Shown piece by piece: positions 29,028-38,377 of a stretch of DNA of 64,000 nt. Made by a program: the position numbers and the translations under genes. The stretch is taken from the IMG/VR virus record IMGVR_UViG_3300045999_009338, positions 1 through 64,000 of that record. The stretch is one strand, 5' to 3'. Source of the stretch: a virus. Every line of letters begins with the position of its first letter. Position 1 is the first letter of the stretch. The notes below the pieces were generated by a model. It saw only the letters and a program-made list of their open reading frames with translations. It was not told the DNA's origin and did no database searches.

Positions 29028-29397
29028 TCCTCATCTCTCCTCCCAAGACTTTTACGGCTTCGCTGGCGTCCGCTGGTGGGGCCTTTTCAATGAGAACAGA
29101 CGGGACAATAGCATTGGGGAGGGGCGTGACTTTGGCATCAGGGAAAAGCTCGTGAGCCTTTTCAGCAAGAGCGTTTGCTTTTGTTTCCCGCTCGTCTTCT
29201 TCCCATCGTTTAACCAGCGTGATTGCTTGCTGGTCAATTTTCTTTATTACTGCTTTGGTTTTCCATTCTGACCAATCAGGCCGACAATGAGCAATGAGCA
29301 TTTTGAACCATGGCTTCAATGCAAGAGAAGGCCGCCTTGAGGCGGCCCATAAGGCTAGTTCATAACAAAGTGCATTGAACCAAGATTGCCAGTTCAT
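28993..29397 (-). CDS. Hypothetical protein downstream of the endolysin
   Basis: 134-aa ORF co-oriented with the lysis genes. Confidence 0.5.
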   Translation of the reverse strand: MNWQSWFNALCYELALWAASRRPSLALKPWFKMLIAHCRPDWSEWKTKAVIKKIDQQAITLVKRWEEDERETKANALAEKAHELFPDAKVTPLPNAIVPSVLIEKAPPADASEAVKVLGGEMRITYQLPGQEAP

Positions 29398-29421
29398 TTG
29401 CTGTTTGCGAATGGCGAATAA

Positions 29422-30366
29422 TTAGCCTTCTTGAAAAACTGAAATGTATACCGTGCCAGTTTTAGTGAGAGGAAGAATCTTGTCGCGCAAGTCAATATTA
29501 TGACAACGCACGCAACCGTGAGTGGGGACAAGGGGCTGCTTTGGAGCCCATGCTCCAGGCCAACCATTTGCGCTTCCGCCACCATGGGCCATGATTCCTG
29601 CCCTGCCACTGCCAGCTTCTTGATTTTCTAGTTCGACCATGTCGAAGCTATACCAGCCATAGGCCATAAGAGTGCGATCATATGCAGGCTTGTCACCCAC
29701 TCGCTCATAGTCTTTATAAATAGCGCCAATCTTGTAAATCCCAGGCGGCGTGTCTGAATTTGTGATTTTCCATTCAAAATCACTGTATTGCCCACGAGCG
29801 AGACACGGGATTTCCCACAAAAGCTTTCCTTCAAACGAGAAGGCTTTCATGGTTTCCACTGCATCGTTCACAATTAAATGTGAATCGCCTTTCTTGAAGC
29901 CAAAATCTTGCGGACGTTTTTTAGGGCCAACCATAGTAAAAGCGGTGCTCTCAGGGGCGTATTCCTTCATGAGCTTAGACAATTTTGCAGGATAATCTGG
30001 ATCAGTGGCATACGATTGCTCTCTGAGCATTCGCGCTGCTGCGTAACGATTCGGGGCATTATTAATGCCCTTGAAATGACGATAATCCTTATACCAACGA
30101 GTGATCAAATATTCAATGCAAGCAGCAAGGCTAGGAAAATCAATGAATCCAGCTTTGATGGTCACCCATTGGCCATCGTAAAATTCTTGAGTGGCAGTAG
30201 TCGTGCCTTCGCCTTTTGCACCGATGTAATTGTGGGCGCCAGACACGTGATTGCCAAAGCCACTCTCTAAGCAGCATTGCGCTGCTACCAATTCAGGATA
30301 GCGAGCGCCATATTTACGGGCAATTTGGAAGCATTCGTTCCAAAAAGCCCGATTAGATGGCCACAT
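29422..30366 (-). CDS. Endolysin: GH73 glucosaminidase plus YkuD/L,D-transpeptidase-like domain
   Basis: GH73 motifs 'AAQCCLESGFG...NYIGAKG...YATDPDY'; YkuD motif 'HGGG...THGCVR'. Confidence 0.8.
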   Translation of the reverse strand: MWPSNRAFWNECFQIARKYGARYPELVAAQCCLESGFGNHVSGAHNYIGAKGEGTTTATQEFYDGQWVTIKAGFIDFPSLAACIEYLITRWYKDYRHFKGINNAPNRYAAARMLREQSYATDPDYPAKLSKLMKEYAPESTAFTMVGPKKRPQDFGFKKGDSHLIVNDAVETMKAFSFEGKLLWEIPCLARGQYSDFEWKITNSDTPPGIYKIGAIYKDYERVGDKPAYDRTLMAYGWYSFDMVELENQEAGSGRAGIMAHGGGSANGWPGAWAPKQPLVPTHGCVRCHNIDLRDKILPLTKTGTVYISVFQEG

Positions 30367-30370
30367 GGCT

Positions 30371-30514
30371 TCAATCCTTCACACGGAAGATTGCCTTAAG
30401 ACCAGTCAGCAAAAGCTGAATAATATTGTTCTCCTTGTAGGGAGTGCGTTCGATAATTTGGTCAGCAGCAGCAACAATAATGCCACCAATAACGAACCAT
30501 TCAATGCCGCTCAT
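30371..30514 (-). CDS. Putative holin-like membrane peptide (47 aa), not in the ORF track
   Basis: MSGIEWFVIGGIIVAAADQIIERTPYKENNIIQLLLTGLKAIFRVKD, directly upstream of the endolysin. Confidence 0.55.
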   Translation of the reverse strand: MSGIEWFVIGGIIVAAADQIIERTPYKENNIIQLLLTGLKAIFRVKD

Positions 30515-30544
30515 GACGAGAGATGCAATGGAGATATAAATAGC

Positions 30545-30763
30545 CTAGCGTTCAATCTCTAGATTACGGACTCTGTTTTCCATCTCGCTCATCTTATCCG
30601 TGAGAGTGGAAAGCTTTTCTGTGACGGTTTCAATTTGTACGGCCACTCTTGCTTGCTGAGTGCCCACTGCAATGAGCATAGCTCCAGTTGATAGAAGCAT
30701 GCCAGCCGTAATAGTGGCTACGAAATTTGCAAGGCCGTCCTTGAAACTGTCCATAGCCATCAA
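30545..30763 (-). CDS. Membrane/coiled-coil protein of the lysis cassette
   Basis: One transmembrane segment plus a coiled coil ending 'RVRNLE'. Confidence 0.55.
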   Translation of the reverse strand: MMAMDSFKDGLANFVATITAGMLLSTGAMLIAVGTQQARVAVQIETVTEKLSTLTDKMSEMENRVRNLEIER

Positions 30764-30840
30764 TCAATACCATCATTCTATAGAAAATTCACGAGACATT
30801 ATTTAGCGTTAAACTAAGGTCAAGACAATTTAATAGTGCC

Positions 30841-31323
30841 ATGCCAAGAGCGAATGGTCCTGATGAGCTGCTTTATTCTCTCATTGAACTTCGCCCTGGT
30901 GACGCAAAACGTAGGTTCCGCAAGAGCATTTTTGAAGACTATTTCTTGAGGGGGCCATTCGGGCAATGCGCTTGTGCATATTGCGGAGAATGGAAAGAAA
31001 AGCTTACGATTGATCACATTGTTCCCAAGAGCAAAGGAGGCCCCCATTTCAGTCGTTGGAACATGCTTCCTGCATGCAAGGCCTGTAATCTTAAGAAGGG
31101 CAGTCTTCCAATGCTTGAGTGGTGGCGAGTGCAGCCATTTTGGACGGAAAAGCGAGAAGAAATTGTGATGGCATGGGTGTATTGCAATAGCTTTGTTAGT
31201 GCTCACACTGATCAGAAGGAACTTGAAGCATGGTGCGAGAAGAAAGGGATTGTGCTGCCGCTGCATCAAACAATTGAGCATGAAAAAGCCCCCTTATGGG
31301 GGCTTTGTTGCAATGCTGCTTAG
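30841..31323 (+). CDS. HNH endonuclease
   Basis: CAYC...[12 protein letters not shown]...N...C..CN..KG. Confidence 0.85.
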   Translation: MPRANGPDELLYSLIELRPGDAKRRFRKSIFEDYFLRGPFGQCACAYCGEWKEKLTIDHIVPKSKGGPHFSRWNMLPACKACNLKKGSLPMLEWWRVQPFWTEKREEIVMAWVYCNSFVSAHTDQKELEAWCEKKGIVLPLHQTIEHEKAPLWGLCCNAA

Positions 31324-31667
31324 TCTTCTACTGGGGCGAAAGTAACTTGCCTGCCGGGAAGATCGTAGCGAATGCCTGGCATGGGACAGAATCCTCCTTC
31401 GCATTGTTGAGAAGCGTTCTCAAGAGCTTCAACTGCTTCTTGCTGTGGCTCATTTTCCATATTAAAGATGAGAAGGTCAAGGTACCAGCTTGCTTTCTTC
31501 AAATCCTCCAAACCATTCTTGTCTTCATAGCGCCAAACATATTTGATGATATTTCCCTTTAGGAAACCCCTAAAGTCGTCTTTGTCCATTGAGGCTTCGA
31601 TGGCCTCAATGCATTCAATGCCGCCATTTTTGGCATAATGACGGGGATGGTTTACGGCGTCAGTCAT
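31320..31667 (-). CDS. DUF3310-family protein (T7 gp1.7 nucleotide-kinase-like)
   Basis: 'VNHPRHY...IECIEAI...[23 protein letters not shown]'. Confidence 0.85.
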   Translation of the reverse strand: MTDAVNHPRHYAKNGGIECIEAIEASMDKDDFRGFLKGNIIKYVWRYEDKNGLEDLKKASWYLDLLIFNMENEPQQEAVEALENASQQCEGGFCPMPGIRYDLPGRQVTFAPVED

Positions 31668-32374
31668 TAGAAGGAAGATTGGTGAAGATCAAAAGCCTCG
31701 AAGGCTTCTTTGAACAATGGACGGGCAAGAGAGGTAAGCGCTTGAGCATAGGCTTGAATTTCGCCTTGACTGTCAGCCTTGTCTCGCAATGAAATGAAAT
31801 GCAACAAAGCTTGCAGGCTACAGGTCCAGGTGAAGGACGTATAAGTGGACATCGGCAGAATGCCCCGTGCCTGCTCTTTGCTCACTCCAAGCGTCAGCAA
31901 CGCCTTGTAAGCCTGCTTGGTTTGCTCTAGAGCCTTGGCGTATTCGATCATCGCCACTTGGTTCATGCTGGGCTCCAGAGGTCCACTAGAGGCCTGTTTG
32001 TTGCTGGGGCTTTGCTGGCGGAATTCACGAGGCATGTAGTATGCCTCCTCGTCTGCTTCGCAGTAGCGGAAGCTTTTCTCGTTCCAGCCAAGCGTGTCAT
32101 TGGCGAACGTGCCGCCAATCACATGCTTCCACCATTGCCGACAGACGAAGAGCGGAGCTTTTACTTGCCATTTGGTGACCACGCCGCGGAACGGACTGGT
32201 GTGCTGATGCTTGACAAGATAGTTCAGCAGCTTCTGGTCCTTTTCAGACCATTCGCTGCTGGTTTGATCAAAGCTTTGCCGAGCATCGCAAACAATGTCA
32301 AGGGAGCTTCCCATCCAGTCGATGAGACGCACCATGCTGATGCCATCCATCAGCGGATCAATCTGATTCATCAT
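31667..32374 (-). CDS. thyX: Flavin-dependent thymidylate synthase
   Basis: 'HTSPF', 'RQWWKH...NEKSFRY', 'EQARGILP', 'LLHFISLR...QGEI'. Confidence 0.92.
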   Translation of the reverse strand: MMNQIDPLMDGISMVRLIDWMGSSLDIVCDARQSFDQTSSEWSEKDQKLLNYLVKHQHTSPFRGVVTKWQVKAPLFVCRQWWKHVIGGTFANDTLGWNEKSFRYCEADEEAYYMPREFRQQSPSNKQASSGPLEPSMNQVAMIEYAKALEQTKQAYKALLTLGVSKEQARGILPMSTYTSFTWTCSLQALLHFISLRDKADSQGEIQAYAQALTSLARPLFKEAFEAFDLHQSSF

Positions 32375-32580
32375 TCAGCCTTGTCAGTGGCAATGAGAAA
32401 GCGAAAAGTGGCGACAATCAGCACCCAATTCCAAAAAACCAAAGAAACGCTAGGAAACAAGAGGCCAGCGCAAATGCTCACAAGCCATGCTCGCAGACAC
32501 AACATTCCAAAAGCTACAAGCAACACGGCTGCAGTTTTAGAGATGTCTTGAAGCAAATCGTCAGTTGCCTTGGTAAGCAT
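32371..32580 (-). CDS. Small membrane protein
   Basis: Hydrophobic 69 aa, coupled to thyX. Confidence 0.45.
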   Translation of the reverse strand: MLTKATDDLLQDISKTAAVLLVAFGMLCLRAWLVSICAGLLFPSVSLVFWNWVLIVATFRFLIATDKAE

Positions 32581-32887
32581 TGGTGATCAGCGAGAGTGGC
32601 CGAAGTCGTTGCAAACTGATTGTAGGAGCAATGTTCGTAGCTGAATGCCAGCGTACTCGTGCCTTTTTGGCTGGTCCGCTTGCATCAAAGCCTTCAATGG
32701 TGCCAACAATGGAAGAGGGCATCCACCCTGCTGCCGTACGTTGTACGTACACAACGTCCTGTCCTGGAAGCCATTCATGGTTGCGAGGCGTGCGAGGGAG
32801 CTTGTAAGGACGGTAGCCCGTCCCGCATTTTACGGCATTCTTCCCATCGTCCACCCGATAAACAAACTGCTTGCCAAATCGCTGCAT
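32561..32887 (-). CDS. Hypothetical protein
   Basis: 108-aa ORF in the minus-strand cluster. Confidence 0.45.
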   Translation of the reverse strand: MQRFGKQFVYRVDDGKNAVKCGTGYRPYKLPRTPRNHEWLPGQDVVYVQRTAAGWMPSSIVGTIEGFDASGPAKKARVRWHSATNIAPTISLQRLRPLSLITNAYQGN

Positions 32888-32917
32888 GGCTAGGCTAAAC
32901 GAAACAATGCAAGGACA

Positions 32918-33292
32918 ATGAGCACTTTCTCCATTCCAATCGGCCTAAAATACAATGGTCAAGATTGTATTGGCGTTATGGGGCCTTTTGAACGGAGCAT
33001 GGAGCGAGACTTCGCTCTCGTTGCGAATAAGAAGGCACTGAGTGAATGCAATGACATTGACAAGCTGCGTGAAGTGGCTTGCACAATGATGGAAGGTTGG
33101 AGCAACATGCAAGAAGCAGTGACTGCTTTGGTTAAGGAAAATCTTGAGCTGCGTCAAGCCATGCAGCTTCAAGAGCGCGATCTAGAAGCCGCCGATCAAT
33201 TGCTTGGTGAAGCGGCTGAAGCCGTTACGCGCTTCGCAGAAAAGCAGCAATCTGCTCAAGCCAAAAAGTTTCCTTGGCCGTTTGGGTGGTAA
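32918..33292 (+). CDS. Possible NblA-like (phycobilisome degradation) coiled-coil protein
   Basis: 'SMERDFAL...SECNDIDKLREVACTMM...QEAVTALVK' resembles the NblA helix-loop-helix pattern. Confidence 0.4.
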   Translation: MSTFSIPIGLKYNGQDCIGVMGPFERSMERDFALVANKKALSECNDIDKLREVACTMMEGWSNMQEAVTALVKENLELRQAMQLQERDLEAADQLLGEAAEAVTRFAEKQQSAQAKKFPWPFGW

Positions 33293-33587
33293 GAAGGAAG
33301 ACTTTCCAGCCGCCGATGGTGGCAAGATTAAACTTGCGGGCATCACGCTCGTAACCTGAGCCAGTTACATGCCTTCCGCGACTGAAGGTGCCTCCTTGAA
33401 TTTCAATGAGAGAGCGAGAAGGAAGATGCGCAAAGTCGGCTCTATAGCGTTTGGAGCGCTTGCTCTTGGCGTAGCGCTCTTGAAAATCCATCTCCCAAGT
33501 CTCGACGTCGCTGTATTCCCTAATCAATGGAAGATCAGGAAACCGTGCTTGCCACAGTCCGAGAAATTGATCTTCAAGAGCACTCAC
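33225..33587 (-). CDS. PD-(D/E)XK endonuclease (DUF559/Vsr-like)
   Basis: 'YRADFAH...IEIQGG...GRH...D..KFN....GWKV'. Confidence 0.75.
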   Translation of the reverse strand: MSALEDQFLGLWQARFPDLPLIREYSDVETWEMDFQERYAKSKRSKRYRADFAHLPSRSLIEIQGGTFSRGRHVTGSGYERDARKFNLATIGGWKVFLLTTQTAKETFWLEQIAAFLRSA

Positions 33588-33590
33588 TGA

Positions 33591-34175
33591 TCAGACGGCA
33601 GCAAACGTTACGTTAGCGCCTTGGTTTTGATACTTGCCATCCCCATAGTCACTTCGTGAGTCTTCATTGAGACGAACGAACATGACTTGCACGATCCCTT
33701 CATTGGCATAGATGCGAACGGGAAAAGCCAGGGGATTAACAATACAAATAGTGAGATGGCCAGACCAGCCAGGCTCAATTGGCGTAACGTTAATGATCGT
33801 ACCTTGTCGAGCATATGTGCTCTTGCCGTCAGTGATCCCCATAATGTTAGACGGCATTGTCAGGAGTTCCACACTCACGCCAAGAGCGTAGGAGAACGGC
33901 GGTAGCACGAAGAACGTAGAGCCATTCTCCTCAATGGGAGAAGCCTCGTACATCAGTTCCTTGTTGAAGGCCTTCACATCCAATGCCTCCACTGGGGAGT
34001 TATTGTTGATGACCATGAAGCCTTTCGGGGAAAGGCTCAAATCGTATCCGGCATGGCTGAGTCCGTATGAGAGCGCTTTAGTGCCATTTGGAAGCTCTCT
34101 GGTTTTCTCTCCAACAAAAGGAAAAATAATATCATTTTCAGCAAGAATGCTGATTTCCTTGTCATTAAGAAGCAT
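33591..34175 (-). CDS. dcd: dCTP deaminase
   Basis: 'SYGLSHAGYDL', 'GKSTYAR.G', 'TPIEPGWSG', 'YANEGIVQ', 'GKYQNQ'. Confidence 0.92.
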   Translation of the reverse strand: MLLNDKEISILAENDIIFPFVGEKTRELPNGTKALSYGLSHAGYDLSLSPKGFMVINNNSPVEALDVKAFNKELMYEASPIEENGSTFFVLPPFSYALGVSVELLTMPSNIMGITDGKSTYARQGTIINVTPIEPGWSGHLTICIVNPLAFPVRIYANEGIVQVMFVRLNEDSRSDYGDGKYQNQGANVTFAAV

Positions 34176-34242
34176 GGCTTTAGAAAAAGAAAGGGGCTCT
34201 TAAGAGCCCCGTTTTCAAGAAAAGAAAAGCTTTAAGAAACGA

Positions 34243-34512
34243 TCAAAAAGGATCGTCAGAGAAGCTTTGCTTAGCTTTATTGCCGTTGTCCCACATCGAA
34301 GCGTATGCCTTGGGAGAGTTGTCAAGCTTGTTGACAGTCACTTGCCCTTTGAAATGAGGAGCAGTGTCCTTGTCGCGCTTGTCATTGTCCCAAAGAGCAA
34401 AACGCAGGGAATAGTTTCCTTGGGGGTTGGTACCAGCTTTCTTCATGGCATTGAGAATATCGGGGGTGAGATCGACAGTGCCAGAGAAAGCGGGAGAATT
34501 GCCAGCGGGCAT
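34243..34512 (-). CDS. Putative single-stranded DNA-binding protein
   Basis: Short beta-rich protein with acidic tail 'SDDPF', next to the exonuclease and recombinase. Confidence 0.5.
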   Translation of the reverse strand: MPAGNSPAFSGTVDLTPDILNAMKKAGTNPQGNYSLRFALWDNDKRDKDTAPHFKGQVTVNKLDNSPKAYASMWDNGNKAKQSFSDDPF

Positions 34513-34583
34513 TGAGTGGTCCTCAGAGGAGTGTAGTAGGCCCTGGGAGGGGCATCAGAAGCATAGCGCTATGGACAGAGGAG

Positions 34584-35348
34584 TCAAGCCCCACGGTCCA
34601 TAGAAATTGTTAAGGGGCGTCCACCTGGGTAGTAGTCAAAGAAGAACTGCTGCACCTTCTGCACCATGATGCCTGCCTGCATAGCAAGCTCCGCTGCCGA
34701 AAGGCTTACAACTTGCGCTTCCTGACCAGCTCCCGTGTCGGGATCGTAAATGGCAATGGCGCAATGTGCTTCATTGACTTCGATGTCATACATCTGTTCA
34801 ATGGCTTGCACGTAGGCGCCAAGCTGCATGCGATAGTCGGCTAGCTGTGTATCAGGCTTTGCCTTGTAGCTCGTTTTCCAATCCAGCAGCGCATAAGCGC
34901 CGCTGTTCATTTTGGCGAGCATATCGAAGGTACCTGAATAGCCAATTTCTTGTGCAGGATCATACCAAGCAATGGCACTTTCAACGAGCAGCGGACTATC
35001 TACGCGCTCAAGAAAACCAACGATGCTTTCAAAATAAGGCACGTAGTTTTCGTGAGAATCCAAATGCGTTTGGATATCTTCGCCGTTCCAGAAATCTTCT
35101 AGAACACCGTGAAGCCAATTGCCTCGATCCACTGCATTACGAGTGCGACGATTAGCCTCTTCATCCCCGACTTTCCTTCGCCAATTCATGAGAGCCGCAA
35201 TCTTGCCAGGCGATGAACACGCGCTCGCAATAGTTGTCACAGAGGGCAAAACACACCCTGCGGGAACATTGGGAAAATCGTCGCAGACGTAGTAGCGCTT
35301 CTTGTTCAGTTGGAGCCGGTTGGGTTCGTAGCGGGGAAACGCTGGCAT
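34584..35348 (-). CDS. PD-(D/E)XK exonuclease (Cas4/lambda-exo-like)
   Basis: 'LPSVTTI', 'RGNWLH', 'YSGTFD', 'LLDWKTS', 'QLGAY'. Confidence 0.85.
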   Translation of the reverse strand: MPAFPRYEPNRLQLNKKRYYVCDDFPNVPAGCVLPSVTTIASACSSPGKIAALMNWRRKVGDEEANRRTRNAVDRGNWLHGVLEDFWNGEDIQTHLDSHENYVPYFESIVGFLERVDSPLLVESAIAWYDPAQEIGYSGTFDMLAKMNSGAYALLDWKTSYKAKPDTQLADYRMQLGAYVQAIEQMYDIEVNEAHCAIAIYDPDTGAGQEAQVVSLSAAELAMQAGIMVQKVQQFFFDYYPGGRPLTISMDRGA

Positions 35349-35386
35349 TTGAAGAGAGGCAAGGCATAGATCGTAACAAGCCACTT

Positions 35387-36151
35387 TCAGTCATGATTCC
35401 TGATGTGAGAATCAATGTCGTATTGCGTGTCCTCTATTGCGCGCCGAAGTTCAATGATGTCACTCTGAAACTCCCCTAAAACATTAAACAGCCTTTCAAT
35501 GCTCAAGCCGTTTTCTTTCATCAAGCATTTCGCCATTATTCGCCCATCGGGAGAAAGCGCGTCAGACGCAAGGACTATTTCTTTGTTAGGTTTCATTTTT
35601 CGTTCATGTCCCAGAAATAGTCGCAGCCTTCTTCATCGCATGGAGGCGCAGCGAAATAGCTCTGCCAGCGACTTGCAGGCGCCATGTAGCGCCAACAATT
35701 TTCTTTAATAGGGCATTCGCCCCCCAAGCACATCGCAATGTCAGGCATGAGAATAGTTCGAGCAGTTTGACGGAGGAATTGCTTATCAACCAAAGGATGA
35801 TTAGCAACGGTCTCAAGAACAGCAGCAATGCGACGATCACTGCTAAGCGTGTCTTCAGGAAAGCTCCAGAACGCTTCATGACAAGCATCAATCAGAGAGC
35901 GACGATTCTGCACGCTTCTCTTCCATTGTTTCGTATTCTTCAACCATGGTTGCCATTGCAGCCATTATCGAAACCTCGAAGAAACCACAGGCCAAAACAA
36001 ATTGCTTGAAATGCTCAGTAATTTCAGGGCAGTAGATGTTGTGGAACGAATAGGAAACCTTTGTTTCTCCTTCTTCGTAAAGAAAAGTGAAGCGGCTCAT
36101 GGGAGAATCAGCGAAAGGATAGCCAGAATTGATAGGGCAATGATCAGGCAT
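35387..36151 (-). CDS. Three small hypothetical genes (35387-35596, 35593-35943, 35888-36151)
   Basis: Overlapping co-oriented ORFs; the middle one has a Cys-rich 'MC....CP....CWRY' module. Confidence 0.5.
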
Positions 36152-36288
36152 GTGAAGGTAACGAGAAGGAACAGGCCAAGAGGATCATTCGCCAAATAGG
36201 GCGGGAGGAAGCTCAGTAATGGGAATGGCATCATCATCAATGCAAACTGCTCCAGCAAAGGCCCGCGCTAAGCGGGCCGCTGCCAGGT

Positions 36289-37242
36289 CTATTGCTTTTT
36301 TGCTACGAAAGCTTTCATGCCTTCAATAATGGCGGCAGTATCTTCAAGGCCGCGCACGACATTGATTTCTTCAGTCATTTCAGCTTTGCTGATGACAATC
36401 TGCTCCTGCTTGGCCCATAGCGTCATCATTGCTGCGACGACGTTTCCGAAGGCTTGCCAGCTTTTGACTTCCGTGGCGCGAGCAAGTCCAATGCTTTCAA
36501 GAGCAGCTTTGCCTGCAGCCATAGAAGCTTTCTCGTCGGCATAGTTCAACGGATTGGCTTTGCAAACTGCTGTGAGAGCTGCTTTTGCGTCGAAGGGCTC
36601 GGCGGACCCTGTATCGGCGGCGGCAGTAGCCCCTTCCGCTCCAGCATCAGAAGTGCCACCAGAAGCTGCCGTCGCATCCTTCTTGGCCGCACGAGCAGGC
36701 TTTGGGACATCTTGCTGCAGCGCCGGCTTCGGCGCTTCTTCTTTGGGGATGTCCTCTCCGGCATAGAGCCGAAGACCAAGCCCCGTGAACGTAGCGATGG
36801 CCTTAACGCTCGCACGTTGGATGTTGTCGCTAATGGCACGACCATCAAGCTGCTGAATGGAATTGTGCTTCCTGTCCATCACAGGGAACACGAGAGCAGG
36901 CGTGCGACGCACGCCGTCTGTGAGGTAGGGACGAAGGATGAAAGCGCCAGGCTCGCCAAATACGGGCCAGCCAATAGTCTTCTCTTCAAAAGCTACGAAG
37001 AGCGTCGGGAAATGCTCCTTCAGGTAGCGGAAAGCAAAAGGCCACGACAGGTAGGAAAGGCCTTTGTAGTCCTTTTCAATGTGAGGCCCGATGTCCGGCG
37101 TATCGTAAGCAGCGCGAAATGCTTCGGCGCTAATTTCGAGCGGAGTGAACATGCCAAGAGAGCGTTCAATCATTGCTTGTTTTGCGGGATCTTCCATGCT
37201 GGAAAAGTCGGACGGGGAATAAGTGAGAATGGCGTGGTTCAT
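36289..37242 (-). CDS. Sak3/DUF1071-like single-strand annealing protein
   Basis: 'LSYLSWPFA', 'PVMDRKHN', 'IQRASVKAIA...GLGLRLYAGED'. Confidence 0.85.
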   Translation of the reverse strand: MNHAILTYSPSDFSSMEDPAKQAMIERSLGMFTPLEISAEAFRAAYDTPDIGPHIEKDYKGLSYLSWPFAFRYLKEHFPTLFVAFEEKTIGWPVFGEPGAFILRPYLTDGVRRTPALVFPVMDRKHNSIQQLDGRAISDNIQRASVKAIATFTGLGLRLYAGEDIPKEEAPKPALQQDVPKPARAAKKDATAASGGTSDAGAEGATAAADTGSAEPFDAKAALTAVCKANPLNYADEKASMAAGKAALESIGLARATEVKSWQAFGNVVAAMMTLWAKQEQIVISKAEMTEEINVVRGLEDTAAIIEGMKAFVAKKQ

Positions 37243-37968
37243 TCTTCTGGGAAGGCAAAATGCCAATCAAGAAGATATTCTTCGCTTTCCTTATCAAAGG
37301 AAAGCCGTAAGTCAAGCACGAGCACTCCAGTGTCAGAAAGAAAGCAATCAAGACAATGAATCACATCATGATCCATTTCTTTCATCCGAGCAGAAAGCTC
37401 AGACGTTGTGAGATTGGGAAAGTCTGTCATGACAAAGAAGCCACGGTCTTGTAGCCGAAAGGCTGATATTCGCCATACATGATGACAAACATCTTGGAAG
37501 GCATTTCGCTTTTGACAATCAAGCTATCACCAGGAAGGGGCCAATCATTGATTGCTCTCACGTCAGTGGGCTCTTCCAGGAGGTCAGCGCTGTAATTGTC
37601 TGTAAGTACGCCTTCTTCCCAGAGGAGCTTCACTTCAGTATCAGCATGCTCCAGAAGAAACTCTTCACAGGCAAATTTAAGCTGAGAAACTTTCATGATC
37701 AATTTCCGCAAAAAATAACACCAAAGAAGCTTCGGCAAGATTTTTTATCTTGCTTTTGATCTTCTTCGTCCATGGAAAAGCCTGGCAGCGGATTTTCCCC
37801 TCCATTCAAAACGCGAAACTTAATGGCATTCATGTCATCTTCTTTCTCAACGTCAAAGGCATAGTCTTTGTCGTAAGAGCCAATTTCAATGTCGCCATAT
37901 GTATCAATTGCCTTTTGCAATTGCTTAATCAGCATTGAAGCCTTCATAATCCTCGATTTCAGAAACAA
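37239..37968 (-). CDS. Three small acidic hypothetical genes (37239-37430, 37427-37738, 37699-37968)
   Basis: Overlapping co-oriented ORFs. Confidence 0.5.
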
Positions 37969-38170
37969 TGGAGTGGTCTTCTACTAAAGAGAAGGCGCCA
38001 TCAGACAGCACTGCATTGCCTTCCCATGGAGAAGTGGTGCGAATGAGGCGTTCAACAGTCTCGCTGAGGCTTAGCCGTGCTTCATGCGCAATGTTTTTGA
38101 GATGGCCGTAGGCGGTGTCAGTGATGGTGAAATGGCGGCTCTTCTTCAGCTCGCCATGGTCAATGGTCAT
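37925..38170 (-). CDS. Ribbon-helix-helix-like regulator
   Basis: 'RHFTITDTAYGHLKNIA...SLSETVERLIR'; divergent from the primase gene. Confidence 0.55.
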   Translation of the reverse strand: MTIDHGELKKSRHFTITDTAYGHLKNIAHEARLSLSETVERLIRTTSPWEGNAVLSDGAFSLVEDHSIVSEIEDYEGFNAD

Positions 38171-38377
38171 AAAACAGAGGGCCGAGAAGGTAACCAATGC
38201 TGAAACCGATGATGGCGGCCAGCAATAGCTCCATGGTTTTGCCTTGCGAGGGACATGGCCAATATAGCCGGTATGGCCAGCCCGTCAAGGCTTGAAGCCA
38301 AAGCTTGTATGAAGAATTGTTAATGCCTTGCAGCAACAGGATTCTGGTGCTAGAACACCCCCATCTCACCATCGCCC

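Noticed and set aside
34584-35348. Cas4-like nuclease as an acquisition module for the array
   Set aside because: It lies 20 kb away in the standard exonuclease-SSB-Sak recombination cluster and lacks an obvious Fe-S cysteine set.
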